A stretch of 57,775 nt of DNA from a virus (Duplodnaviria > Heunggongvirae > Uroviricota > Caudoviricetes), in IMG/VR virus record IMGVR_UViG_3300027994_000001, positions 1-57,775 of that record. One strand, 5' to 3'. The notes under the pieces are model-generated. The model was not told the origin of the DNA. It searched no databases and saw only the letters and a list, made by a program, of their open reading frames with translations. This document shows, piece by piece, positions 35,754 through 48,100 of this stretch (positions are counted from its first letter, which is position 1; the number at the start of each line of letters is the position of its first letter). Both the position numbers and the translations under genes were made by a program.

Positions 35754-38450
35754 ATGGCTAGTTACTTATCAACCCCTGATAGTCCACAACAATATCAGAG
35801 TCCAATAAACCTAAATCTTCTTAATCAAGCTCTTTCTACAAATCAGGGGAAGTATGATAATGGATTACAAAAATATCAAAATAATCTTGTACAATTAAAA
35901 GTACAGGAGAATTTACTTTTAAGGGATGAGGACAAACAGAGGTTTTCTCAAAATGTTCAGGGGCTTATTGACGAAGTAAACAAAGCAGGGAAAATAAATT
36001 GGGCAAAAAGTGGTTTGACAAATAAAATCAATACTTATACTAATTTAGCTATAGATGATTATACATTAGATCAGATAGGTATTTCTCAGACTATTCGTAA
36101 TTTTGATGCGGAAGTAAAAAAGAAAAGAGAGAAAAATGACGGCAGCTATTCTGACATAAACTATGCATTTGCACAAGAACAGGCAGGAATACAGCAATAT
36201 TTAGCAGGAGTGGATGCTCAAGGAAATAAGGTGGATAAAATTGGTGCATTGCAGTATACTAATCACATAGATGTAAATAAATCGGCACTGGAAAAAGCAA
36301 AAGCGTTTAAAGAACTTAAAGGGGAAGAAACAGTCGAGATACCATTTACAGACAGTGATGGAGTAAGAAGGACAAAAACTACATCGGTTAAAGGACTGAC
36401 AGAATCTGAGATACTAGCTTACATGCCTCAAATATTATCTCCAGAAGAAGGAAAACAACTTCAAATTAATGGATGGGCAAAATACCAAGGACAGGAAGGA
36501 TTAAAAGTAGCTCAGGAAGCATTTACTTCTTACACAAAAGCAGTAACAGATAATTTGGATCAAAATATTTCCAAATACGATGCAGAATATAACAATAAAA
36601 ATATAACCCAAGAGCAGAGAAACGAGGCGTATAGACACAAAACCGCAGAGCAGGATAGAAAAAATCAATATTTAAACAGTTTTAAAACAGTTAATCCCAA
36701 TAATTCAGCTTCTATTGGAGGATTTCTAGAGACAATGAACTGGAAAACAACTTTTGCCAAAATGGCAGGAGCAAAAACATCAGTTACTTATGATACAGAT
36801 GCTGCCTTTTATGATGCAAAAGAGCTGGAGTTAAAATACAGCGCGGAAGAAAGAGCTGTACAGAAACACGCCCTTGAAATAGCTAAACTACAACAGGAAC
36901 TTAATCCGACAGGTGTAAATGGAGTCTCAGGCGTATCTTTATCTAGTATACCAGACGAAAATGTAAGTGAGACTAACCCATATAATAGTTTGGTAAGAGA
37001 TTTCAACACAGAAAGTATGGGAATTGTTTCACAAGCAACCGCTGTTTTAGATGGGGGAGGTGTTGACGCAAATACAAAAAAAGCATACACAGATAATTAC
37101 AATGAAGCTCTTAGAAAAGGATATGCCCCAGCAACGGCGGCAAAAACTGCTTTTAGTAAATCAGGAATGTCAAATCTTTTTCCAGAACAATATTCTCAGA
37201 TGTTAGAAGCATATGTCCGCAGAAATGATATGGCATCAGTTATTAAAGAGGCAGATAAAAAAACTGTTGATGTATACAGAGCAGATCCTGCAAAATATAT
37301 TGACTATGCTAAAACCATAGCTAATAGATACGCTGTAAAAAGAGACGCACAAAAAGACGGATTAGGCGCAGATCTTAGAAGAACCTTTTCAATGTTTTTA
37401 CCAGACCCAGAAGACTCTGAAAAAATGATAAAAGAAAAAGCAGTGTATGACTTCATGCAGGCAAATGGCGGCGCCCAGGCATTACAGGCTAAACTGGCAG
37501 ATCCTGCAAATACATCTTTATTAAATACATTTTCTAAATTGACACAAGATGTTAAGGACGTAGAAAAAAATTCTTTTTCTTCTGATACTTTAGGAGATAC
37601 CCTCTTTAGATCAACAATTATAGAAGATTCTAAAAAAGATCGGGACAGCATTGTGATAAACAAAGGAAAAGGAATTGTAACTACAAATAAATTAGCTACA
37701 GTTACTAATGATAAAGTGAAAGAGCAGATTATAAACGCAATACCGCAGATTGAAGGAGAAGTTCCATTTGATGCTAAAAAAGGATTGAGTTTCAGAAGAA
37801 CACCAGAAGGTAACTTTGAAGTAATTCAATCGGGGGCTAAAGAAGGAGTAAAAGGAATATTCGGAAGTGCAAGAACTTATGTTGTAGAGAGAGGAGATGA
37901 TTTATATAATGTTTTAAATTCTCAGGCGTTAAATGAAGCGCAATCCAGAGAAGTAACAGCAGGAAATTATACTACACCTATAAATAATGAAAATATACAG
38001 TTTTTTGACATACAGCAAAAAGGAGCGTTAAACAAAGCCAGTAACTTCATTTCAGGAACATTAGGATCGGGTTTTCAAATGGGGTCTAAGGTAAACCCAA
38101 GTTATTTTTTAACACAGCCTACAACAGAGCAGGTTTATAAACAAAAACTACAAGGTGTAATACCTAATGAGAAAATTGAAGCTTTAACAACTTTAATGTC
38201 AAGAGATGCATACAACAAATTTACAGTTTCTGCCACACCTGTTCAAGGACAATGGACAACTTCAGTATCTCTTAAAAAAGGCGGAGCACCATTACTATTA
38301 AGCGAAACGGAAACAGGCAAACAAAATATGGACAAACAGCTTCTTTTATTTATAAAACAATATCCTCAAATATTAGTAGGCGAGGCAGTTTTAGAGTATT
38401 TACAACAAAACCCAAAAGAAATAGATACAGTTTTAAACAGACTAAGATAA
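35754..38450 (+). CDS. Internal virion/ejection protein (898 aa)
   Basis: Helical and Gln-rich; lies in the cargo gene block. Confidence 0.6.
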   Translation: MASYLSTPDSPQQYQSPINLNLLNQALSTNQGKYDNGLQKYQNNLVQLKVQENLLLRDEDKQRFSQNVQGLIDEVNKAGKINWAKSGLTNKINTYTNLAIDDYTLDQIGISQTIRNFDAEVKKKREKNDGSYSDINYAFAQEQAGIQQYLAGVDAQGNKVDKIGALQYTNHIDVNKSALEKAKAFKELKGEETVEIPFTDSDGVRRTKTTSVKGLTESEILAYMPQILSPEEGKQLQINGWAKYQGQEGLKVAQEAFTSYTKAVTDNLDQNISKYDAEYNNKNITQEQRNEAYRHKTAEQDRKNQYLNSFKTVNPNNSASIGGFLETMNWKTTFAKMAGAKTSVTYDTDAAFYDAKELELKYSAEERAVQKHALEIAKLQQELNPTGVNGVSGVSLSSIPDENVSETNPYNSLVRDFNTESMGIVSQATAVLDGGGVDANTKKAYTDNYNEALRKGYAPATAAKTAFSKSGMSNLFPEQYSQMLEAYVRRNDMASVIKEADKKTVDVYRADPAKYIDYAKTIANRYAVKRDAQKDGLGADLRRTFSMFLPDPEDSEKMIKEKAVYDFMQANGGAQALQAKLADPANTSLLNTFSKLTQDVKDVEKNSFSSDTLGDTLFRSTIIEDSKKDRDSIVINKGKGIVTTNKLATVTNDKVKEQIINAIPQIEGEVPFDAKKGLSFRRTPEGNFEVIQSGAKEGVKGIFGSARTYVVERGDDLYNVLNSQALNEAQSREVTAGNYTTPINNENIQFFDIQQKGALNKASNFISGTLGSGFQMGSKVNPSYFLTQPTTEQVYKQKLQGVIPNEKIEALTTLMSRDAYNKFTVSATPVQGQWTTSVSLKKGGAPLLLSETETGKQNMDKQLLLFIKQYPQILVGEAVLEYLQQNPKEIDTVLNRLR

Positions 38451-38454
38451 AAAC

Positions 38455-41400
38455 ATGGCAGAACCAACTACAGCAGGTTATAACCCAATAGACACTCAAT
38501 TATTAGCAGATACAATAGTACCTGTTATACAAACACCCACGACATTTATTGCGCAAGACGTAAGAAAAAAGGAGGTACAGCCTGATTTATCATCTAATCC
38601 TTTTGCACAAGCACCATCTTTATTTGGGTCTCAGTTCAAAGAAGAACCTAAAGCTCTAAAAGGATATGCAAATGATTCTTATAATGAGGCTTATACTCAA
38701 TTAGCGAGTGGAGAATATATTGGCCGTTATAAAGATTTTATTCCTGGAACAAATAATCAAGAAAGACTTGCGCAACAACAAACAACTTCTGAGAAATGGA
38801 CTAATGGTTTTGGAAAGCTTTTAGGTAAGACAGGTGTTGCTGTGATAGGGGGCACTTTAGGAATTGCTGATAGTTTAGTGGAAGGTATAGCTAAAGGCAG
38901 CTTATCAGAAGCATACAATACAGATTTCAATAATTATCTTGATGATTTAAATGTAAAACTCGATTACAAGTTACCTAATTACTATACAGAGCAAGAAAAT
39001 AATGCAAGTTTGTTTGGTCAAGCAGCTACAGTTAACTTCTGGGCAGATAAAGTTTTTTCAGGATTATCGTTTACAGCAGGTGCGCTTATTTCAGAGGGAA
39101 TATGGACTTATGCTACAGGAGGTGTTGGGTTATTAGCTCAGGAAGGCCAATTGGCAAAATTATCTAAGTGGACAGTAAAAGGAGCCGGAGGAGAAGCTAA
39201 GGCATATGAAGCATTAAGAACTGCTAAAAATTTATCTAAAGGCTCTTCTACAGCATTGCTTGAAGCAGAGACAACAGCTGTGGGCAGAAAAGTGAGCGAT
39301 CAAATACTTGGGACAATAGGAGAAGTGAATAAAACAGCTTCTATAAATGCGTATAAAATTAGAAAAATAGGGGATGTAGCTTTAGTAGCCACACGATCCG
39401 CAGGGTATGAGGCAGGTATGGAAGCACGCCAATATATGAACTCTACAGAACATGCATGGCTTGAAAACTATCAAAAAGTAAACGGAACTGATCCCACACC
39501 TGAGCAATACAGCGCTTTTAAAGATGAACTTGCAAATACAGGCAATTATGTTTTTGGAGCCAATATGATTATTGTTGGGGCATCTAATATAGCTCAATTT
39601 GGAAATGCATTAATAGGTAAAACTGTTAATCCCAATGTAGGCAATAATTTCTTAAAAAGAAGCTTATTAGGTATTGGTTTTGATAAAACCGTTACAGAAG
39701 AAGGGAAAATATTATATAAAGCTTTAGATGCCAGCAAAGGTCAGAAAATAGCAGGTAAAGTTTGGGGAGTACTAGGTGCAGCAATACCAGAGGCACAGGA
39801 AGAGATGGGACAAAGAGTAGTTTCAAAAACAGCTGAAAATTATATGCTGAATGCTTTTAATGCAGATAAAACAAAAACAACTTATGGTGTAGCAGATGCA
39901 TTTACAGAGGCTTTGAGTTCAACCTACGGTACAAAAGAAGGGCTGTCAGAAGGACTTATTGGAGCTATTGTAGGTGTATTAGGTGCAGGAGTACATTCAA
40001 GATTTAAATTCGGAGATGTAACAGCGCAGAGAGAAGACATACAGAGAACAGTTGATTATGCTAATGCGTTTACAGCAGATAACCATATTAATAACGTAAT
40101 TGCAAATAATAAAATTCAAGCGGCTCAGGAGTCAAAACAACAAGCAGTACAAAGGGGGGATTTAACAGGTGAATTACTGTCAGATGCAGAGTCTGCCATA
40201 GCGCACATAGAAAGAAATCAAGCTATTGGAAGCACTCAGGAAGGATTTTTTGATTTTGCCCGACAGATAAATGCGGTTAAGAATGACGAGCTTGCCAAAG
40301 AGTTAGGACTAGGTTCAGGCCAAGAAGCAGAAGAGCAGGCACAAGCTTTTAAAGAAGATAAAATTGCGGAGTATAAAGAGATATCAGATAAACACACTAA
40401 AAATCTTAATTACGCACAAGCATTATTAGGAGAAGTGCAAATTGCAGGATTAGATAAAACATCGACCCGCGAAGTTGTAAGAGCTATGGCTTACAACATG
40501 ACTATGGGAGAAACTGCTATGCGAATTAACCAAAACTTAATTTCACATGTAAAAGCTTTAGTTGCTGATTCAGTTAATTTAGAGAGTATTACAGAAGCTC
40601 TTGATGTACAACAAGTTTTAGATTTAGCACCAAAAGAAAAAACTTTAAAAATTTCGCAGTTAGATTTACATTTACAATCTTTAGACCGTCGAGAAAAAGA
40701 AATTTTAAACAGGCAATTTGAAGCAAGTAAGTTAACAGATACAGAAGATAACAAAGTCCGTGCGAATGCTTTAATTGACATCAATAAAGAGATTACAGCT
40801 TTACAAGAAGAAAGAACACAAGCACAAACAGAAAGACAATTAGCTTTAGATGCAATAGGTATTAAGAACTTTACTACAGCAAACATCACTATTGATATGT
40901 TTTCTGCACAAAATGAAAATCTTAATAAATTAAGAGCCACTTTAGCCGATATTAAATTATCTGATCCAGAGAAATATTTCGAAATACAAAAAGCATTACA
41001 AGCACAGTCAAAAGCTGTAGAGCACATTAAGAATTACCAAAAAACTACACAAGCTGTCGTAAACCCTAATACCCGCGTAAAAGTAATAAATGGGTGGATT
41101 AAAAATTTACTAAATAAAAACACAAAACTTAACGAAAGTACAGCTGCGTATTTTACTGATATTTTAGAAAAATGGAAAACAGATACAGTTGTAGTTTTTC
41201 AGGAAAATCAAAATTTAATTGAAAGAAGAGCGTTTGAGAATGGTGAGCCAGTTTCTGAGGCATATAAACAACAATTAGGAGAAGAAGTTAGAAAAGGAAT
41301 TCAATTATCATCAGCTGACCAAGCTATTTATGACGCATATCAAAAAGAGATTGAAGATAGTGCCGTAGCAACAATTCCTAATAATACTGTTGTACCTACA

Positions 41401-44400
41401 CCAACAAACCTAACTACTTTAGAGCAACTTAAAAATAAAGTCGCCGAGATTATTGGCTCAAATGACTACTTAACTCAATACTTCGGCACAGATTTAGTGG
41501 AACAGAATAAAACCAAGCCTTCTGAGTCCGACATAAAAACTTATGAAGAGCTTTTGTCCAAAATAGACAGAAGAGTTGAACCAAATACAGATAGGATTAT
41601 AAGCAGACCATCTGATTTCTATAAGAACTTAGGACTTACGATTCCTGAAATTGATCAGCTAAAAGTATTACAAACAAAGCTTAATGACTGGCTTACACTT
41701 GAAGGAACAGTTTCAAATGACGAGCAGAGTGTAGCAGAAATGTTAGATTTAATAGATGCTTTACAGACACAAGCGGTAAGAGATACAACAAAAACAGACT
41801 TATTAGATAAGGATTATAAAGCAGTAATTGATGCGCTTGATGAGCAGAGTAATTCTTTAGGTTCGTCTGTACGCGGACTTCAAACACCTACAAATGCATT
41901 AGCAACAATTAAAAATCAAAATATAAGGTTTAGTCATATTAGAACAGAAACTTTAGCAAGCTTTTTTCCTAATTCGAGTTTGATTGTTAATTCAAACAAT
42001 ACCTTTGAAATTGATTTAAATAACGGACAAAGAGTCGCCGGAAGAATAAATGAAAAAGGCGGTCAGGATATTCCTTTGAAAGAGTGGATGGCAGTTGCAC
42101 CTAACTCTACAGTTTTGATTAAGAATTTTGGAACTAATGCTTCGGCTATTTCGAAATTATTAGGATTAGACTCACAAGGAAATGAAATCTATGAAAATGT
42201 ACCATCTGATTTTGATTACCGACAAACTGACGGCACCAATTATTCGGTGGATGAACAAGCGGTAAATGCAGTAAAAAACGGAGATACTTTAGATCTATTT
42301 GTAAGTTCAACAGATGCTTTTAATCACAGCTTAACACCAAAAGAATTACCTAAACAGATTCATATTTATGTGATGAAGAATGGTAAGCTTTTAGGATCAC
42401 TCCCTGCGCCTTATGATAAGGAAAGTACGGAAGGTATCGGCATACCTTTAAGTGATTTGCGTCAATCAGCAGCGGAATTTACAAAAGGTAAAAAAGGGCT
42501 TATAAAACTCCCTCAAAAAATGACTGCTCAAATCATATTTATAGGAGCACCACAAATAACATTACAAAAGAATGAAGAAAACGTAATAACCAAAAACAAT
42601 CCTTTTACAAAAGAAAGTCTGCAAAATGTTGTTGGGCAAGGTTATATTGAGAACGGTAAAGTAGTTTCTTCTATTAAAATAGATGTAAACCAATTTATAA
42701 ACAAAGTAAGTACTTCCAACAAGGACGCTAAAATACCATTTGTAGTTTTTACATATAACGGTAAAACAATAGGGTTTCCTGTAAGTTTAAATTCCTCTAC
42801 AGTGGACGCATCTCAATCTGTATTAGATATATTTAATTCTACAGAATCAACTACAGCTATAAAAGCAAAAACACTTGTAGACGCTCTAATTCAAAATGGA
42901 TTAGATCCGCAGCAATATGGAATAGACTTCACAGACAAAGAAAACTGGATTGACTCAGAAGAAACAGCTAATGCTTTATCTGACTTATCTCAAATTAAAG
43001 TGTTTGTAGATTTGGAACAATTTGCGTCAAAAAATTATAGTAAAGAAAATCTAATTGCAGATGCCACAATAGCCATAAGACTGGACAACTCTCCATTCCA
43101 GACAAGCAAAATAATGCTTAGTATGTCTAATAAAATAGATACAGATGTTTTAGGATACAGAGAATTTTTGGCAGAAAATGAAGTAAGAGAAGTCGCAATA
43201 AGACAATCATTAAATACAGTCGCAAAACAATTGTATTCTGCTTATATCAATAATTCTGAGTTAGACAATAATTTCACTCAGACTTTTGATGAAAATCCTA
43301 TTTTACCAGGAGAAAGTGATATTATAATGCGTCAAAACATTAATACACTTAAAACAGCAGTAAAAGGAGCTTCGGCGAAAACCAAAAAAGAAATCGGAGC
43401 AGATTTGTTCAAACAAGCTAATGATTTAATAGCAGAGCTTACTTTTTCTACTAAGAAAACACAAGATGTAAAAGAGCAGATTAAAAACAGCGAATATTAT
43501 CAAGATGCAGATCCAGCTTTCATAACTGTTGATGAGAATGGTAGTCTAGAGAATCCTTTTATTAACGAACAGGAAGCTATTGCGGAACTTGGCGGAATAA
43601 AAACCGAAGAAGAATTCAAAGAAGCTTTAGATGCCAGCGATTTAGATTACTTAAAAACAACTAAAACACCGTTATTTCAAGAAATGTCTCAATTTAATGA
43701 AGTACCTGCAAAAATATTAATAGGGACAGACTTAGAAGACAAGACAAATACAGAAGTAAAAGACACCTTAGAAGCAACACTAAGAGAACCAACAAATAAA
43801 GGACTACAAACTAGTTTAAACAATATTGAAGGCTATACACCAGAAGTATGGAACTCATCCCCAGAAGCTATAAAAACGCTATTGAGAGATATAGAGAAAC
43901 AAGCTATAGATGTAAATGTTGATTTGACGGGACTCTCAGATTCATATGAAGTCAAAACACAAGAAGAAGTATTAGATGTAACCAGAGCTTTGGACTTTAT
44001 GATTACAAATCCCACAGAGGAATCAATGAGTCATTTTGTGAATACGTATCAGGATTTTACAAATGTTGTGGATGAAGTAGAACGCGAAGTAGTAAAAGTA
44101 GAACCTCAATATAGAGATTTACCGTTGATTGCTTTAGACACAACCGCTTCAGAATACAAATTATTTAAAGAAAACGGGTTATTGAAAGTTAAAGAAGGAG
44201 TGTACGTTAAAACTGACGGAAATACAAAATCTTTACAGGAAGTAGAGGATTTAATGGCAACTAACCTACAAGTTTTTCCTGCAAATACAATTCAAGGAGA
44301 CACAAATAATAAGGATATCGTCCTTGAAGACTTAAATTCTTATGCAGAAAGCCAGATGTCGGCTGTACTTACAAATGATTCAGAATTTGACAGTGAGTCA

Positions 44401-45081
44401 GTGAAGAAATTAATTTACTATAAAACTTATTTTGGCATAACAGAACAACCAAATCAAACCGTTTCTATAGATAGAATAAATGATGTGTTAGCTTTAGATA
44501 TTCCAAACGCAGACTATTTAATGACAGATTATATTGCAGAAGTAAGAAATCAGCAATTAAGACAAGTTCATCCAGTTTTAAACAACTTAGTTTTTAATCA
44601 AAAAGGTATTACTCTAAGGTATACGGATGAGATTAGTGTATCAGAAATGAATGACTACTTGAAAGACAATGAAGATTTACGTAACTATTTTCTGCTGTCT
44701 AAAAACACTAATTTTAATGTAGAGGTGGAAGCCACACAAGATGAAATTTCTACACAAGTTTCGCGTGATTATTATGCAAATGGCGGGAAATTAGATGCAT
44801 ATAAAAACGAGTATACAAGAATAAATACGGAAACTGTGCAGACTAAAACTACATATGATTTTATAAATATAAACGGGGATATGTATGAAAAAACAGCAGA
44901 CGAACTATTTTCAAAACTGCCTAAAACTAATCCTGATTTTTATGAATTAAATGTAGAATCATCACCTTTAAATGTAGATCCAAGTGAATATCCTTCTGTA
45001 AATTCTGTGTCAGAAATAAATAGAAAAAATATAATTACAAAAGCCGAAAGTGAAAATTTTGACGAAAATCAAGATTGTTAA
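38455..45081 (+). CDS. Giant internal virion/ejection protein (2208 aa)
   Basis: N-terminal Gly/Ala-rich hydrophobic helices (possible membrane channel), central coiled coils; no RNAP DxDxD motif found. Confidence 0.6.
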   Translation: MAEPTTAGYNPIDTQLLADTIVPVIQTPTTFIAQDVRKKEVQPDLSSNPFAQAPSLFGSQFKEEPKALKGYANDSYNEAYTQLASGEYIGRYKDFIPGTNNQERLAQQQTTSEKWTNGFGKLLGKTGVAVIGGTLGIADSLVEGIAKGSLSEAYNTDFNNYLDDLNVKLDYKLPNYYTEQENNASLFGQAATVNFWADKVFSGLSFTAGALISEGIWTYATGGVGLLAQEGQLAKLSKWTVKGAGGEAKAYEALRTAKNLSKGSSTALLEAETTAVGRKVSDQILGTIGEVNKTASINAYKIRKIGDVALVATRSAGYEAGMEARQYMNSTEHAWLENYQKVNGTDPTPEQYSAFKDELANTGNYVFGANMIIVGASNIAQFGNALIGKTVNPNVGNNFLKRSLLGIGFDKTVTEEGKILYKALDASKGQKIAGKVWGVLGAAIPEAQEEMGQRVVSKTAENYMLNAFNADKTKTTYGVADAFTEALSSTYGTKEGLSEGLIGAIVGVLGAGVHSRFKFGDVTAQREDIQRTVDYANAFTADNHINNVIANNKIQAAQESKQQAVQRGDLTGELLSDAESAIAHIERNQAIGSTQEGFFDFARQINAVKNDELAKELGLGSGQEAEEQAQAFKEDKIAEYKEISDKHTKNLNYAQALLGEVQIAGLDKTSTREVVRAMAYNMTMGETAMRINQNLISHVKALVADSVNLESITEALDVQQVLDLAPKEKTLKISQLDLHLQSLDRREKEILNRQFEASKLTDTEDNKVRANALIDINKEITALQEERTQAQTERQLALDAIGIKNFTTANITIDMFSAQNENLNKLRATLADIKLSDPEKYFEIQKALQAQSKAVEHIKNYQKTTQAVVNPNTRVKVINGWIKNLLNKNTKLNESTAAYFTDILEKWKTDTVVVFQENQNLIERRAFENGEPVSEAYKQQLGEEVRKGIQLSSADQAIYDAYQKEIEDSAVATIPNNTVVPTPTNLTTLEQLKNKVAEIIGSNDYLTQYFGTDLVEQNKTKPSESDIKTYEELLSKIDRRVEPNTDRIISRPSDFYKNLGLTIPEIDQLKVLQTKLNDWLTLEGTVSNDEQSVAEMLDLIDALQTQAVRDTTKTDLLDKDYKAVIDALDEQSNSLGSSVRGLQTPTNALATIKNQNIRFSHIRTETLASFFPNSSLIVNSNNTFEIDLNNGQRVAGRINEKGGQDIPLKEWMAVAPNSTVLIKNFGTNASAISKLLGLDSQGNEIYENVPSDFDYRQTDGTNYSVDEQAVNAVKNGDTLDLFVSSTDAFNHSLTPKELPKQIHIYVMKNGKLLGSLPAPYDKESTEGIGIPLSDLRQSAAEFTKGKKGLIKLPQKMTAQIIFIGAPQITLQKNEENVITKNNPFTKESLQNVVGQGYIENGKVVSSIKIDVNQFINKVSTSNKDAKIPFVVFTYNGKTIGFPVSLNSSTVDASQSVLDIFNSTESTTAIKAKTLVDALIQNGLDPQQYGIDFTDKENWIDSEETANALSDLSQIKVFVDLEQFASKNYSKENLIADATIAIRLDNSPFQTSKIMLSMSNKIDTDVLGYREFLAENEVREVAIRQSLNTVAKQLYSAYINNSELDNNFTQTFDENPILPGESDIIMRQNINTLKTAVKGASAKTKKEIGADLFKQANDLIAELTFSTKKTQDVKEQIKNSEYYQDADPAFITVDENGSLENPFINEQEAIAELGGIKTEEEFKEALDASDLDYLKTTKTPLFQEMSQFNEVPAKILIGTDLEDKTNTEVKDTLEATLREPTNKGLQTSLNNIEGYTPEVWNSSPEAIKTLLRDIEKQAIDVNVDLTGLSDSYEVKTQEEVLDVTRALDFMITNPTEESMSHFVNTYQDFTNVVDEVEREVVKVEPQYRDLPLIALDTTASEYKLFKENGLLKVKEGVYVKTDGNTKSLQEVEDLMATNLQVFPANTIQGDTNNKDIVLEDLNSYAESQMSAVLTNDSEFDSESVKKLIYYKTYFGITEQPNQTVSIDRINDVLALDIPNADYLMTDYIAEVRNQQLRQVHPVLNNLVFNQKGITLRYTDEISVSEMNDYLKDNEDLRNYFLLSKNTNFNVEVEATQDEISTQVSRDYYANGGKLDAYKNEYTRINTETVQTKTTYDFININGDMYEKTADELFSKLPKTNPDFYELNVESSPLNVDPSEYPSVNSVSEINRKNIITKAESENFDENQDC

Positions 45082-45092
45082 GAAATAAATTG

Positions 45093-45100
45093 TATATTTG
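45093..45100 (+). promoter_or_regulatory. -7 element TATATTTG before the 1920-aa gene
   Basis: Perfect TAnnTTTG 23 nt upstream of the ATG; no -33 TTTG at the 20-nt spacing. Confidence 0.5.
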
Positions 45101-45123
45101 CCAAATAACAAAAAATAAAATAG

Positions 45124-48100
45124 ATGAATTGCACAGTCAAAACAGACGAAAATAATCAAATAACAAAAGTTTTAAATCAACAAGGCACAGAAAGCAAGCT
45201 TTTTATAAGTGTAGCTTCACATCCGTTTATAACTTCAACAGAAGAAGCCTTGGGTGTATACAAAAACATCTATTCTTCTAAAATCGGCGAAGAAAATGAA
45301 AATAATATTCAATTCGTTCATGAAGTAAATGGAGAGCAATTCAGCTCATTAAAATCCGCATTAAAAGAAGCAGTGGAAGGCCAAAAAATAGAATTAGGTT
45401 TTTTATCAAATAATAAATTCACGCCTATTTTAACCACTACTAAAAACGTAGACAAATCTTCAGTGAATGGCTTTACGCAAGCTTCTATTTTAGAGGGCAC
45501 AATGGCTGAGAATAGGGTTAAGATAGGGAATGAGTATTTGTTGCAGAGTGAGGGTGAAAACCAAATGAGAAAAAACGTGTCTCTTGATTTACTTGCGAAT
45601 TCCGCTATGACTAACTTAGGATCTCTAGGAGTTGAAGTGTCAGGCACAACTGTAAGACTTAATGAAAACCTAGGTAAAACGACTGTTTTTACAAAAGCTG
45701 GAGAAAGAAAGATTATTGATGCGCAGGAATTAGATGAACTATCTATTGATGAACTTAAATCGCGCTATGAAAACTATGAGGAGATTTTCGCCGAAAGAGA
45801 ATATAAAAGAAATGTACCTCTTTACAGAGAAAGAGATGAGTCAGAAGCCCCAGAAACAGTAAAAACAGATGAAGAAATAAAACTCTCTCTATATAAACTT
45901 TTAAAAAATATGGGGGTTACGGTTACTTCTATAACAAATTACACAGAGAAGTTTCAGATAAGAAATTCTGTACCAATTCAGGCGGAAGCTTTAGCAGATA
46001 TCGCGCAAAGAGTTATTGCTTTTCAAACAGGGCAAGAAACACTTTCAAACTTAACAGAAGAAACTATTCACTTTATAGTAGAAGCACTTCCACAGGAAAG
46101 ACTTGAAAATGTTTTAAGAAACATCGATAAATCGGAAGAATATAAAGAATTTGCCCAAACATATAGAGAAGTTTACAGCCGTGAATATAACGCGGAAGAA
46201 ACTGAAATTGCTGTTCGTAAGGAGATTTTAGGTAAAATAGCTTTAAATGCTGTACAACAATCAACACCTGTTTCAGAAACGACACAGAATTTTTTTGACT
46301 CAGCTTTGCAGTTTATTCAAGAATTTTTTCAGGATATCGCTTCTTATTTAAAACCACAGTATATTTCAGATTTAAATTCAATTGTTGGAAATATTCAAAA
46401 TGTACTTAATACGGGAGATACAGGTGGACTTCAATTAGAAAATCTTGACAATAATAAATTTAGATTTTATTCACTTGATAAATCTTCAAATGCTAAGAAA
46501 ATCGCAGAAGAAACTAAAAAACAGATTGATATATTAAGTAGGGAAAATGACGATTTGTCAAGAAATCAGCAGGGGTCTCAATTTAATAAAAACAGATTAA
46601 TTGCAGTTCAAAAAGAATTAGACTCTAAACTAGAGGTACATGCTGTAGCTACTGTGGCCAGAATTGCAGATAATAATGTGAATAGACTTTTGGCCGCGAT
46701 AAAAGATTCAAAAGACAAAGGAAAAAATTACGATTTATCGCAAGAGGAAGTAATGATTTTTAAGAACCTTACAACTGAAACTACAAACACTCTCGGGGTT
46801 ATTAAAAAACTGATAGAAACGGATGAAGTCCTTAACAAACAAACAGTTTGGAATACATTATCAAACAGCATAGGAGAGTCAATACAAAGAATTTCTGATT
46901 TAAAAGCTCAAAGAGAAGTAACACAACAAGAAAGTATTGAAAAGCAGATTAATGCCGTCACAATTGACCGGGGACTTTCAAATCGAGAAAAAGAAGCTAT
47001 GATGCGTTGGGTAACATATGCAGAGAGTGATATTTCTTGGGTGGGAGCAACATTCCTAACACTGAATAATTCTCCAGATAGTTTAATGTCTCTATTTGCA
47101 ACTGTAAAGACAGGAATGATTTCGGAAGGCTCGCGCGCAGACCATAACCAAATCAAAAACTGGCAGAAAGTTATCTATGATAACGGATACGATGAAAAAG
47201 TAATCTCAACATTTGTTAAAGACGGTTATTTTCTATCTGAAAGAGATATTGCCGGATACCAAAAACAACTAGACCAGAACTTTTTACAGGAGTATAAAAA
47301 AGTATTCACAGATACCAAACTTAAAGACGAAGAAATTCTAAATAAAAGAAGTAAAGGTACACTAGAATGGTCGGACGAGCAAAAAGATTCAATTTATGAG
47401 GCTACAAGAAAGCTTAATGAAAATGAGTCAGAACGTCGCATGAAAGATGAGTATTATGCTGAATTAGAGCAAAAGTTTATTAACTTAAATATTTCTAAAA
47501 ATACTCAGAATATTCTTCAAGGACTTAACGCCGACAAAAGAAGAATCACAGAAAGAGCTAGAGATACTAATGGTAAAATAGATTTAACTTTACTTAGCGG
47601 TCAGGATATTCAACAACTTAATACTTTAAACTTAGAAAGAAAACAATTAAAATCGTTTGTTGATGAACTTGGTAATTTAAAAGAAGGATTAAGGTATTCC
47701 CAAGACAGTCAAGGTAAGATAACTATTGAAGCTATAGGGGACATTAATGAATTACCAGCACCATCAAGACAAGCTCTAGATTTAAATAAATTAGACAACT
47801 CATATGAGAACGTAACATCAGAAGGTGATATTGAATTACCTCAATCTTTTGTAGACCTTATTTTAAGCAAAGAAGACAGGGACACACAATTATTAGCACT
47901 ACAATTAAACTCTCAAATTGGATTCTCAGCAGAATTCTGGGACAGTTTTGGAAATAATAAAGGACTTGTAGATAAATTAGAAGATCTTGGCGGAAATGAA
48001 GATTTAATAGATGACATTAAAGCAAACAGCTTCCGTTTAAAAAACATCATAAAAGTATATACAAAGTCCTCTAACCCGTCTGAAACAGATGTGGAAAATA

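Noticed and set aside
42195-42230. SDFDY in the 2208-aa protein as an RNAP active site
   Set aside because: It lacks the third Asp of the DFDID/DxDGD triad and the surrounding context.
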